Made by a program: the position numbers and the translations under genes. Positions 12,573-24,033 of a DNA stretch of 64,000 nt are shown here, in pieces; position 1 is the stretch's first letter; every line of letters starts with the position of its first letter. Source of the DNA: Novakomyces olei (Eukaryota); NCBI GenBank assembly GCA_016906335.1, contig JADEYG010000009.1, positions 930,001-994,000 on the forward strand, written 5' to 3'. Below the pieces are notes generated by a model. The model was not told where the DNA came from, searched no databases, and saw only the letters and a program-made list of their open reading frames with translations.

Positions 12573-14091
12573 ATGGCATTACCGGCAACTGAGTCTCCGA
12601 CGGAAATTCCGAACAATTCTCGGTCCCGGCCCACTGTGCTGAAGGCAAAGCCGGCAGCTCAGGATGCGGATGACACCAACGGGTCCATGTCGATTGGACC
12701 CAGTCGTGAATGGGTGATCCCACCCCGACCAAAGCCAGGACGTAAACCTAACACCGAGTGCCCTGCTGTAAGAAATACCCTCCCCCCTCATATTTTTTGC
12801 ACTAATTTTCGATCTGCCCCGGACCTTTTATTTATTTATTCGTAATCTTTTTTGTTTTAATAAGATCAATTTCTTTCAATTCCTACATCTATAATCCACT
12901 CGATCAATTTACAATCAATGTTTAGCAATTTGGCTAATGGCCCAGCGCAAACAGCAAAACCGGGAATCACAGAAAGCATTTCGACAGCGTAAAGCGTGTC
13001 GTATCACAGAGCTGGAAGATGAGCTGGGCGGGATAGCAGGAAAAGCTGCAAAACGTGAGCAAGCATTGCAGTGCAAAATTGCTGGCCTGGAGCAGGAAAA
13101 TTTAAGACTACAATCAGAGATGGAGAAGATGAAAGCGACCTTGGCTTCGTCTACAAACGACGAGACACCTACGGCGGGGCCCAAGGTGGGGGCCAAGGTG
13201 GGGGCCAAAGCGACGGCTGTTTCACCACCAACGGTGCAGCTGCACAGCCCTGTCTCATCACCCGAACATTCCGTTTTAGGAGAAATGGCAGAAGTGACAG
13301 TAGTGGGCCGATCAATACCGATCTCTCGGCAATGCCGACGGGGAAAGACAGCCCACGAGGCACGCGGGCATGCACACGACGCGCTTGGGCACGGTGGTAA
13401 ACGTGAGTCGGCCATGCAGGAGCTGGCAAATGCAGCGGCTAAGCGCAGCAGATACGACACAAGCTCTAAGCCTGATGATTTTTATACCCGGGATTATGGC
13501 TTTATATCCGGCGCTTCAGCATCGGAAGTTGTAGATGGTGATTGCGGCTTTTGTACAGGCGACACAGTGTGCGTGTGCCGAAATACTTCTGCCGCGCTTT
13601 CACGCGACAGTGAAGATTACGTAAAAGCAGAGGAGGATTATTTATCCCTTCCGCCGATCGCAGCGGATGTATTGAAGCTGCCAATAGAAGTAACGGGCAA
13701 CTTGTCGCCGGCCAAGTTAGAGACATTGGAGCCACCTCGCTTCAGCTTGGTACATTTAAAGGAATCCCAAACGCCCAAAGTACGGGAGCCGGGGACTTGT
13801 CCACAGTGCCAAGTGGATCCACAGCGAAGGCAGTTTTGTACTTCACTAGCTTCAGAGGTTAAAAGTGAGAAGCAGGCAGTGGGAAAGGGCCGGGAAAAGG
13901 CAGTTGAAGAAGGGTATTTGGCTTGTGATCAAGTATACATGACTTTGAGTCAGCATGAAGGCTTTGATAAGCAGAGTATGGCATCGATTATTCGTGAATT
14001 GGCCACGGGGTCCCGCGGTATGGAGATAGAGGTTCATAAAGTAGAAAATGCTCTACGAATACTCGATCGGGGTTTAGGAAAGGGGTTTTGA
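12573..14091 (+). CDS. HAPX: HapX/Hap43/Php4-type iron-responsive bZIP factor, 2 exons
   Basis: Hap4-like motif SREWVIPPRPKPGRKP, bZIP RKQQNRESQKAFRQRK, Cys-rich regions CGFCTGDTVCVC, PGTCPQC...FC and LACDQVY. Intron 12768-12945 (GTAAGA...GCTAAT...CAG). Confidence 0.93.
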
Positions 14092-14521
14092 TTCGGCAGG
14101 GGTTTAAAAATAATGGGCGTCTGCTCGTACGATCGGTTTATATACATAGCGTTGTAAGGTTATTTGCTATTGCTTCTTCTTTTTTTTTTAAATCGTTTTG
14201 TTTGATCTGCTTTGACCTAGATTTTGTAATACATTTCAATTATAGAGCGATATCTACCAGGTTTTGTGATTTAAAAATAGGTTTGCAAAACTCATGTTCA
14301 GCATTGGATAGAAAGTTGTCTTCATGTACAAGCGCGTCTATAAGGTGCACTCTATTTGCTCAAATCAATCATAGTCGGACTTTGTTGACCTGGATTTGTG
14401 TTCAAGTCAAAATCAATTACGTGGCTACTATATCATACTTCGTTCAGCTTTATCCGTATACAGGGCGGAGGTAAAATAAAATGGATGATATGAAACCTTG
14501 TATTATTGCTAGTAGTCACAG

Positions 14522-15915
14522 CTACCAGCTTGGATTCAAATCATACACTAGATCGTCGGGCGTACAAGCACAATCACTGGCAATCACTCCCGATTTTTTC
14601 AAAATATCAAGGCATTTGCTAATGTTTGCCCGGTCAATGGTAAACGTCGAGTTTGGGTATTTAACAGTATGCGACCAAGCCTCCGCGTCTTCCGCACTGT
14701 AGTCTAGATTTTCGGAGATATGGAAAATAGCACGATCATGATGATTGTGGAAAAGATTGATTCCGGCGTTCACAACAGAGAGAAATGAAGCCAGAACTCC
14801 AGGCCGTTCCTGAAGCACCTGACTTCTTGCTGCAATCATCCATGAAGACCAAGGCGTGTAGATTTCTCCAATAGGACGAATTTCACCGGAATCGTAGTAC
14901 CGTTTGGACGTAAAGTATTCCCACATGAAAGCTGCTGTTTCACTACTAGAGGTTTCAATTAACAAACAAACAAATAAAAAATCCAATAAAAATCATTTAT
15001 GAAAATTTTAATTTCATCAACGTTGAAGTCTGTTCGCAAATGTGAATTCATAACGTGAAAAGTCACAGTCATGGATCAATAGAGTCAAAAATTAAAACAT
15101 TAAACCACTATACAAAAGCAACAACCACTTACCTGTTGACTGAATCACGAAGGTGTGCAAAAGTACTCTTTACAACAAAATCAAACTGCTCGTGAGGCTG
15201 TCCATCAGCCAACCAACCCTTTTCGTCGGCCAGTACATACGGCATTATGTGTGATCCACTGTATATCTAAGCATGAAATTGAAGACGATGTCTTATCTAC
15301 CTTCCAAGACGACTGATCCCAATTTTCTGGTATCGCAAAGCATCGATGCCATTGAAGGAGCTAGACTTGCCCGTACTCACACTCCAGCCTGCTGTATTAA
15401 ACTGTGAATTATCAAACAATACATACGCAAGGGCGATTCGACTAAAGATTGTCAGCAAACAATAATACAAGCGACTAGTGATTCAAATAAACTCAAGAGC
15501 AGAAAACGAAAAGAGTTTCAAATTGCCCATTCAACTTGTAACTCGCGCTAGAGGGAAACAGTCAACCTGTATCAAATAAAATTAAATTGTTGCTTAAAAT
15601 CAACTGGAACAGTAACAAAGTTTAATCAAAAATAAAGCCAATATGAAACAAAAGCGTAAAAATGGGACAAATCCTACCAAATGTTCCAACAATCTTAAAC
15701 TGTGGATCCAATTTACAAAGTCGTGCAATCCATCCTTCCGTCAAACCAAGCGCAACATCGACCTCTCCAGTTTCCAGTAATTGGCTCATGTAGCCGGTGC
15801 CCATAGGGCACGGCACGAATTCTACGTCCAATTCAATTTCGCGGAAAAGTCCTTCATTTTCCGCGAGAAACAGCGGAGTACTAAAGTGCTCCGGCACGTA
15901 TGCGACCCTAAGCAT
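14522..15915 (-). CDS. NMT1/THI5-like (Ca3427-type) periplasmic-binding-fold protein, 5 exons
   Basis: LRVAYVPEHFSTPL, GTG, GLTEGW, GISRLGSGSHIM, FMWEYFTSK, IYTPWSSW motifs; includes a 15-nt microexon at 15427-15441. Confidence 0.85.
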
Positions 15916-16022
15916 TGTTCTAATTAGCTCAAGAGCGTTGGATATGGTAACGCTAGCAGCCCTGGATAAATGGCGATATATCGCTATGTTTTATAGATTA
16001 CATACATTATTGCTGATATAGG

Positions 16023-16439
16023 ATTATGATACAAATAATTATGATACAAATAATTATTGCCGGGATAAAGTTAGTCTACTCATAGCAGCAGTAAGCCAGA
16101 ATCAGTTAGGGTTAGGGTTATTGTATCTTTTCCTAACACTAAATGTTATAAATTAATATATCTTTTAGCAAGAAGCATCCATTTTACGCAACAATTATCA
16201 TACAAATAATTATTGTTGAAATATGAATCCATTGTCCCCTTATAATAATACACTCGCCGACTCAGACTTAAGCTTTACAGGACCTCACTCAACAATACAT
16301 AGCTATATATATACGGCTCAAGCGAACCCTCATATCCTTCGGGGTATTCAGCTAAAGCTATCGAGAGTTTCCAATTCATTTAATTTACCATAAGAACAAA
16401 CCCCAGCCTAATATCTTCAACAATTATCATACAAATAAT
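16023..16439. repeat. Four copies of ATTATSATACAAATA(AT) plus a TTAGGGTTAGGGTTA box (16106-16120) in a divergent promoter
   Basis: Copies at 16023, 16038, about 16194 and about 16423. Confidence 0.7.
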
Positions 16440-16646
16440 ATTACAGATCAATCGGTTAGTCTCTTTTATTGTGTGGATTAACCCCGTTTCGATAACTTGT
16501 GATATACGCGACCGCATTAGTCACATACAAAATACAAGCACGTGACGCTGTTTATCCTATCACATACAATAATGAAAGAGCCAAGAATACAGTATAAACT
16601 GTGAATAATAATTTAAAGACAAATCCTTAAACCCATATGGCCAACA

Positions 16647-17824
<1,178 letters not shown>

Positions 17825-18397
17825 CAGCAAACGCTAAACAGTTTTGTATTTTACAAATTAAAGACTCTAATGTACATACTATTGTTTTACTGCTCGTTCA
17901 TATAATTTAATGTTTATTTCATTATTGCACTCGTCTATTTGTTTGTTTATTTGTGCGTTTTAGTTTTTTTTTTAATTTATTTTACTATATAGTTTAAATT
18001 TTTATTAACGGTTTTGATTTCGTTCGCGGGCGAATAAAACGGTGTTGGAAATATACTTGTATTGAAATAATCGAAATGCAATTGCCATTATCTCGTTCAT
18101 AACGTTTCAACAATGTAATCCTAGTATAACCTTCTTCCAAAAAATAATTAAAAGTCTATAATAATGATGCCCAACGCTGCTCGGGTATTATATATTAACA
18201 GATATTTGTATCGCCGTCGTTTTTGTCTATAAGTATGGTTTGCCTTACCCCTTTCCTCTTTTTGCGCAAACTAAATAAGAATAAAAATTGAAGGGAGTTG
18301 AGATATAAGCAGAAGCTCAACTTCTCTTCCTCTTCTTCCTTTATCAAAGAGTCTAATTTTGCAGTGAAAAATAAATAAACCGAATTTTCCCTGTGAT

Positions 18398-19679
18398 TCA
18401 AGTATACGATCCAAACCCACCGGCCCGATAAATAGCATCATTAAGAGACTCATGAGAGTCGTTGTCATCATCGATAGTAGCGTCCGATAACAGCCGAGGT
18501 CTAAAAGGCCAAGAATGGAAGACACTGGCAATTTTAAACCACTCTTCGATCGACAGCTGCCAAACTCGTTTATCCAAATCAAGCTTATCCTTGAGCATAG
18601 GCACCAGGTTCTCTGCGCCAGAGCCTAGCATGCTAATATTTTCTGTAACACGGCCAGTATAAGCAGAAATCATGTTGCGCAAAACATAATCAAAAGTATC
18701 GAAATCAAATCCATAATCTTCAAGATCAAGCGGTTTTCTTACTGTCTCCAACAACACCATTGATTTGCCCTTATGCAAGAAATCATTACTGCTTGCAACT
18801 TCAAGAGCAGGGAACCGTAGTGGCGAGTCCGACGTATTTAATAGCTCTTCTGTCCCTACAATAACTCGAACATCGGCAATAGAATGAAGTTCTAAAGGCA
18901 GTTTGCTGCACTTTTCTGTTCCGGGAAGGTTTATCAAACGAGCCGCTGATTTCGCCGGCATCCAGGTCAAAGTACGCAATCGACCTGTAGAGTGTAAATA
19001 CTCTCGAAATCCCATCATGTGAACGTGGTGTTTAATGTACTTGTCGGCCTCTGTACTTGCGTAATCACAGTTGCAGATTACAAGAGCCTTTTTGGAGACG
19101 TCCAAGTCGGTGTACCTGACTGATCGCGGTAGCCGTTCAGGCATGAAAAAAGATTTTGTTCGTGGGATAAGTAGATTTTCCCGTCTCCAAAAAAATGTAC
19201 CCGGAAGCTTTTGCACAACAAAAGAGGGCACTCGCTCATACGGCAGCATTCGTTTCAAGTCACTCTCCCTTTCCTCCATGACTAAATGAGTTCGCGGTCT
19301 CACTCTGTTGTATATTTGTATAGTGAGAGCGTTGATGCCGGGATTTCCATCCTGAATAAGGCCCTCTGAATAGTCCTGCAAGTGCAGAAAGTCGATCAAG
19401 CGATCTGTGCAATTAATAAAAAATCCAACCGCTGCGGAAATTTGATAAAAAAAAGGATAAACATGTCTCTCATATCGGAGAATGAAGCGATATCACAGCC
19501 AAAGGTCGAAGGATATCAGCAAATGCAGATCACCTAAACATATACACCACAGATGATTATTCCACCTTACCTGCCAGCTCATTGTTTGTTAAATAATTTA
19601 GTCTATTTTTGCGCTCTTTCAGCTGTTTCGTTAGGCCATTCGTGTTCAAACACGGCCAAACAGGACGCACCTGAGCCAT
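18398..19679 (-). CDS. MTF1: Mitochondrial transcription factor Mtf1 (rRNA dimethylase-like fold)
   Basis: Exons 19679-19571 and 19404-18398 join in frame (1116 nt). Motifs GNPGI...RPRTHLVME, GRLRTLTWMP, LGSGAE, C-terminal WPFRP. Confidence 0.8.
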
Positions 19680-20063
19680 TTGTAACGGCCAGTCTACGTT
19701 GGAGATGCGCGTGCGCTTTTTGTAAGAATAATTTTTTGTACCGATTTTGCTTAGGGTTTGCTAGGGTTAATATCTAAAATATAAAACAATGTGTATTTCA
19801 GCTACCAAGTAATATTGGAACGTGCTCCTAATACAATACTATATTAAAGCCACGGGTTGGAAAATATGTGATCCCAAAGAATCAAAAGACGATAAATAAA
19901 TGAAAAATGAAATAATTGAACTAACATTTGAACGAGCATAGGTATACACAGACAGTATCTACGTATCGTGAATAACATTTCAAGTCCCAATCAAAGGTAG
20001 CAGTAGTAGTTAAAAAGCAATTGGTATCTCAATCTCGTGACATTAAAGCTATACAAAATTCAC

Positions 20064-21305
20064 TTAACTATGCAAAATCTGGCAAGCAACAATCAAGATC
20101 ATACAAACCCATTTTGGCCGCAGGTTTGAAGAGTCACTCTTTAAGCATGGACAAGGAGATCCATCGTGGCAATGACACGTGCAGTCTTGACCTGGAGGAC
20201 AGACCTCAGCTGCGCCTTGACGATTCGCTTCTTGAGGGTGGGCACCATTTTCAGGAGGAGCGCCATAGCTTATAGGTGCACTCTGAGCAATTGGCGTATA
20301 GTAGTAAATCAAAGAGTCTGCTGCCGAAGAAGTCTGAGCGGGCTGCTGAATCGACTGAGCTTCAGATGATGTCTTGTTGACAGGCTCATTACTGAAAATT
20401 GCAGCATTCTCCTCGTTTTTGGTTCCGTTTGGTTTGAGGATTCGGCTACTAGTCAGATCAATTGACTCTGTCTCTTTTTCCTCTGACATTTTACTCGCAA
20501 CTTGGCCGTTCTCTTCCTCACCATCTATGTCGCTGGTACCGCTCTTCTCTCGTTGAACATTTTCCTTTTCTCCATGTTTGTTTGTACCATCACTTGAGCC
20601 ATTCAAATCAGTTGAATTGCCAATATCGACAGCTGATCCGCTTCTGCTCGATTCCATTGAAATAAGTAGGTCCTCTTCCTGCCCAGCTGTTGCACCGTTG
20701 CCAGTCTTGTCGTCATATTCTTCCTCCAAATCTATGTAATAATCTTCTTCTTCATTTCCCCCAATCCTTGGCTGAATCTCATCGGCTTCAGCTTGATTAT
20801 TACTGGTTTTTTCGCTGGTCACCATTTCTCCAGCTTCATTAATTTCGCCAGCTTTGTTCACTTTGTCAGTTTCATTCTGTACCCGATCTTGCTCAGACAC
20901 ACTAGACGGATCTCTATTCTCGCCCGGACCAGCTTCATGCTCCGACAAGTCTCCACTTTCACGTTCGTTTGCTGCTTCATTCGCACCGGCCTCTGTCTCG
21001 CGATCGTCTCCAGGCGCGTTTCCAAATGTGCCCTCTGGGCTTCCCCCTTCGTCGTCACAAGTGCAGACGCTTATAGGAACATTTTCAGGAAATCCGCTGT
21101 CCAGCGAAAGAGTGGCAATATTGACTTCTTCGGCTGTCAATTCGCGCCATCCACAAGCACAGCTGCAGCATTCGCTGGTGCCGCCTAAATGCCTCCACAG
21201 AAAGTCTTCGTCTTTTATTACTGTATCGTTGCCAATTGGCTTTATGTCACAAACAGCCACACTAAACAGCAGCAGCTGCGCGTAGATTGCAAGCCAGCAC
21301 GCCAT
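20064..21305 (-). CDS. Secreted, probably GPI-anchored acidic protein with Cys-rich ends, 413 aa
   Basis: Signal peptide, ECCSCACGW and VCTC, E/N/S-rich spacer with NxS/T sites, CPPGQDCTCHCHDGSPCPC, then small residues and a hydrophobic tail. Confidence 0.75.
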   Translation of the reverse strand: MACWLAIYAQLLLFSVAVCDIKPIGNDTVIKDEDFLWRHLGGTSECCSCACGWRELTAEEVNIATLSLDSGFPENVPISVCTCDDEGGSPEGTFGNAPGDDRETEAGANEAANERESGDLSEHEAGPGENRDPSSVSEQDRVQNETDKVNKAGEINEAGEMVTSEKTSNNQAEADEIQPRIGGNEEEDYYIDLEEEYDDKTGNGATAGQEEDLLISMESSRSGSAVDIGNSTDLNGSSDGTNKHGEKENVQREKSGTSDIDGEEENGQVASKMSEEKETESIDLTSSRILKPNGTKNEENAAIFSNEPVNKTSSEAQSIQQPAQTSSAADSLIYYYTPIAQSAPISYGAPPENGAHPQEANRQGAAEVCPPGQDCTCHCHDGSPCPCLKSDSSNLRPKWVCMILIVACQILHS

Positions 21306-21903
21306 TTGAGGGATAGACGCTTCACTGTCTGTCGCACGAGATTAGTTGTGTCTGCAAAAGCGTGTCACATGATTCGGTTTCAGTCTCCGTCGCTGTCAGA
21401 GCCAAATAAGAAAAGCTTTAGTTGCTCCATTGCTCTTTTCTTCAAACTTGTGAGTTTTCATTGCAGCAAATGTTATTACGGTATTGTTAAAGCATTGCCT
21501 ATCAACTCGCTGCGAGACCGATCTGTAAAGTTCGCCTTTTCAGTAGCTCCAATGCCATATTGCGATAGTGATTAATATAATTAATTAATTATACGAGTAG
21601 ACAAAATAAAATAGATAATAATATAAGCTATAAAGGAAAGTTCATGGAAATCAAAATCGTCTTATCAAAGTCTAGTATTAATATCGTCAGAATAAAAGTA
21701 AAAGATATATTGATTGCTTTATTATTTTCAATTATTATTTTCAATTATTATTTTCAATAAAAAGTTTAATAATTTAAAATAATATACTAGAAGACAAATA
21801 TATAATAACTAATTGTCTTATCTGCCATTACTGATTGATTGCTATCGCGCTGGTCGGCTGTTGTTCTGCATTGTAAGATTATCACTTTTGTAGAGATAAT
21901 CAA

Positions 21904-22078
21904 AAAATAAAATAAAATAAAATAAAATAAAATAAAATAAAATAAAATAAAATAAAATAAAATAAAATAAAATAAAATAAAATAAAATAAAATAAAATAA
22001 AATAAAATAAAATAAAATAAAATAAAATAAAATAAAATAAAATAAAATAAAATAAAATAAAATAAAATAAAATAAAAT
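21904..22078. repeat. (AAAAT)35 perfect microsatellite
   Basis: 175 nt seen directly; ends 31 nt before the qtr2 ATG. Confidence 0.97.
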
Positions 22079-22109
22079 GAAAAATAATTTATTACAAAGT
22101 CAAGTGTAG

Positions 22110-23746
22110 ATGGTGGACCGGCACGCGCTCGGTGCGGGCGCCGTAGAGCTTCCATGTTGCATATTTCCCAGCTCGCGTGGCTCAATTCCGCATTTAACGC
22201 CAGACCATATCGAAAAATTACCCATTGAAGTGGTATATATTGGACTCGAGGATTTGTAAGTCTTCGATGCAGACACATCAATTCATTTCCAATTAATTTA
22301 ATTTATTTCTCATCTGAGGCTTTACTAATTCTAGTGTTGAAAAGCTCCCAAACGTAGCACTCGAGTCCATGAACATGAATATTTCAGAGTTTATGTGCCT
22401 TCCTCAAAATTGCAAGACTGTAATAGGACCGCGGAAAACTAATTCTCAAATGTTTAAATACACCACAACTGCTACGGACGAGGCAGTCGCAGTGCGAACA
22501 GTTGACGGCTACGCTTTTTTGCCTAATAAAGACTACTTGCGCCTTATTCGCACCTTTGCTCCTTCGGCTTTTGTTACACTTGTGGATTTGCCTAACGAGC
22601 CGGTAGGAAAGAAACGTGCTCTCAAAGTTGCCCGGCGAAGTTCCACATGGGCCAACGAGGGATTAGAGGTAAGCAGTTTGTGATTATAAATTGCTAATAT
22701 CAGAACTCAATGGTAGGTGAACGTGTGCTTTGCGTTGAAATGCTTATATACGACAATACTCTGTATTGTCATATTTTTTCTAATTTAATTTAATTTAATT
22801 TAATACCAGGGTTCATCTCTTCTTTTCTGCAGACTATAATCTGCCAGCAAAGCTTCGTTTAAGTTTCTGGTGCATTTTCCATTCTTGATTCATTATTTTG
22901 TTTCGGTTTAATGCAGATTTTAATTGGTTGTCAAGACGGATCAGACTTGTATCGTTAGTGTTCCACGCGTGGACACATTTCAGTTTCTAGAGTCAATTAC
23001 TCACACTGCTCATATGCTTGCTTTATATGCCCGTGAGCAGGTCGAAGACCTTCCGGACAAACTCCGATCAGTTCCAAAGTTACTGCTTGCACCCATGAAA
23101 TCGCCACACGAAGTTTTGGATGCGATTGAGGATTTTGATCTTTTGCCAGTGGACTTTTGCTACGATGCCACGGAGAGCGGGCTTGCACTGTGCTTTGACT
23201 TTATTACAGAGCCTGAAGAGGGTCAGGACTCTAAAGATAATACCCCAGTCGGCAAATTGCCGCTTGCTATAGATATGTGGAATAAAGATTATGCAAGAGA
23301 CCTTTCTCTGCTCACGGATTCGTCTGCCGAATTGTACAGTTGTACAAAGGCGTATGTGCACCATTTGCTGCAGGCTCGAGAATTGCTAGCGTATGTTGTA
23401 CTTCAATGGTAATCTGTCCCGGTTTTTCTTTTTTTATTTTTAAAAACTCGCTTAAAATACTTTTGAGCATTTATTTGTTTAATCAAAACAACTTTCATAT
23501 TGTTTATCACAATGCTATGCATTATTTCCAATTATCCGTACTTTGCTGTTTGTTTTCATCTTCTAACCCATTTCTAGTCACAATGTGTATGTTGTAGCAA
23601 AATTCTTTGCGGATATTAAAAGTTCCCTTAAATCAAGTGACTTTGAAGAGAGATCTAGAAAATTCAAAGAGCGGTACGCTGAAGCGCTGCCAACGACGTT
23701 AGGATTGGGTTCGCGTAAACGAGGGTACCAAAGGGACGACGAGTGA
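22110..23746 (+). CDS. QTR2: Queuine tRNA-ribosyltransferase accessory subunit (QTRT2), 5 exons
   Basis: PSSRGSIPHLTPD...LEDF, DLP...GKKRALK..RRS..W, SPHEVL, ATESGLALCF, AYVHHLLQARELLA..LQCHN, RGYQ; 9-nt microexon 22704-22712. Confidence 0.88.
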
Positions 23747-24033
23747 TGGTGGCAGGAAAAGGGCTATGAACAAAATGGTAAACGCCGTGGCTTAATCATT
23801 GATTCTGCAACTAGAAGATTTAGATATTTTATAAGTGATTTTTGTTTTATAATAATTCATAATTCAATTTCTCACCTTTTTCTTGTTGCTATTGAAGCCT
23901 CCTACTTGAATCTTTTAAGCACAGCTTGAAGTGTTAAATTATACATGTTTATATAACATATATATATACAAATGATAAATAACCAATTTTAATGCTACAT
24001 TTTAAGATTTAAAGTATCCAAAGATTAAAACCC

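Noticed and set aside
14522-16020. TPP riboswitch at the NMT1/THI5-like gene
   Set aside because: No aptamer core seen; the protein is the Ca3427-like subfamily rather than THI5 itself
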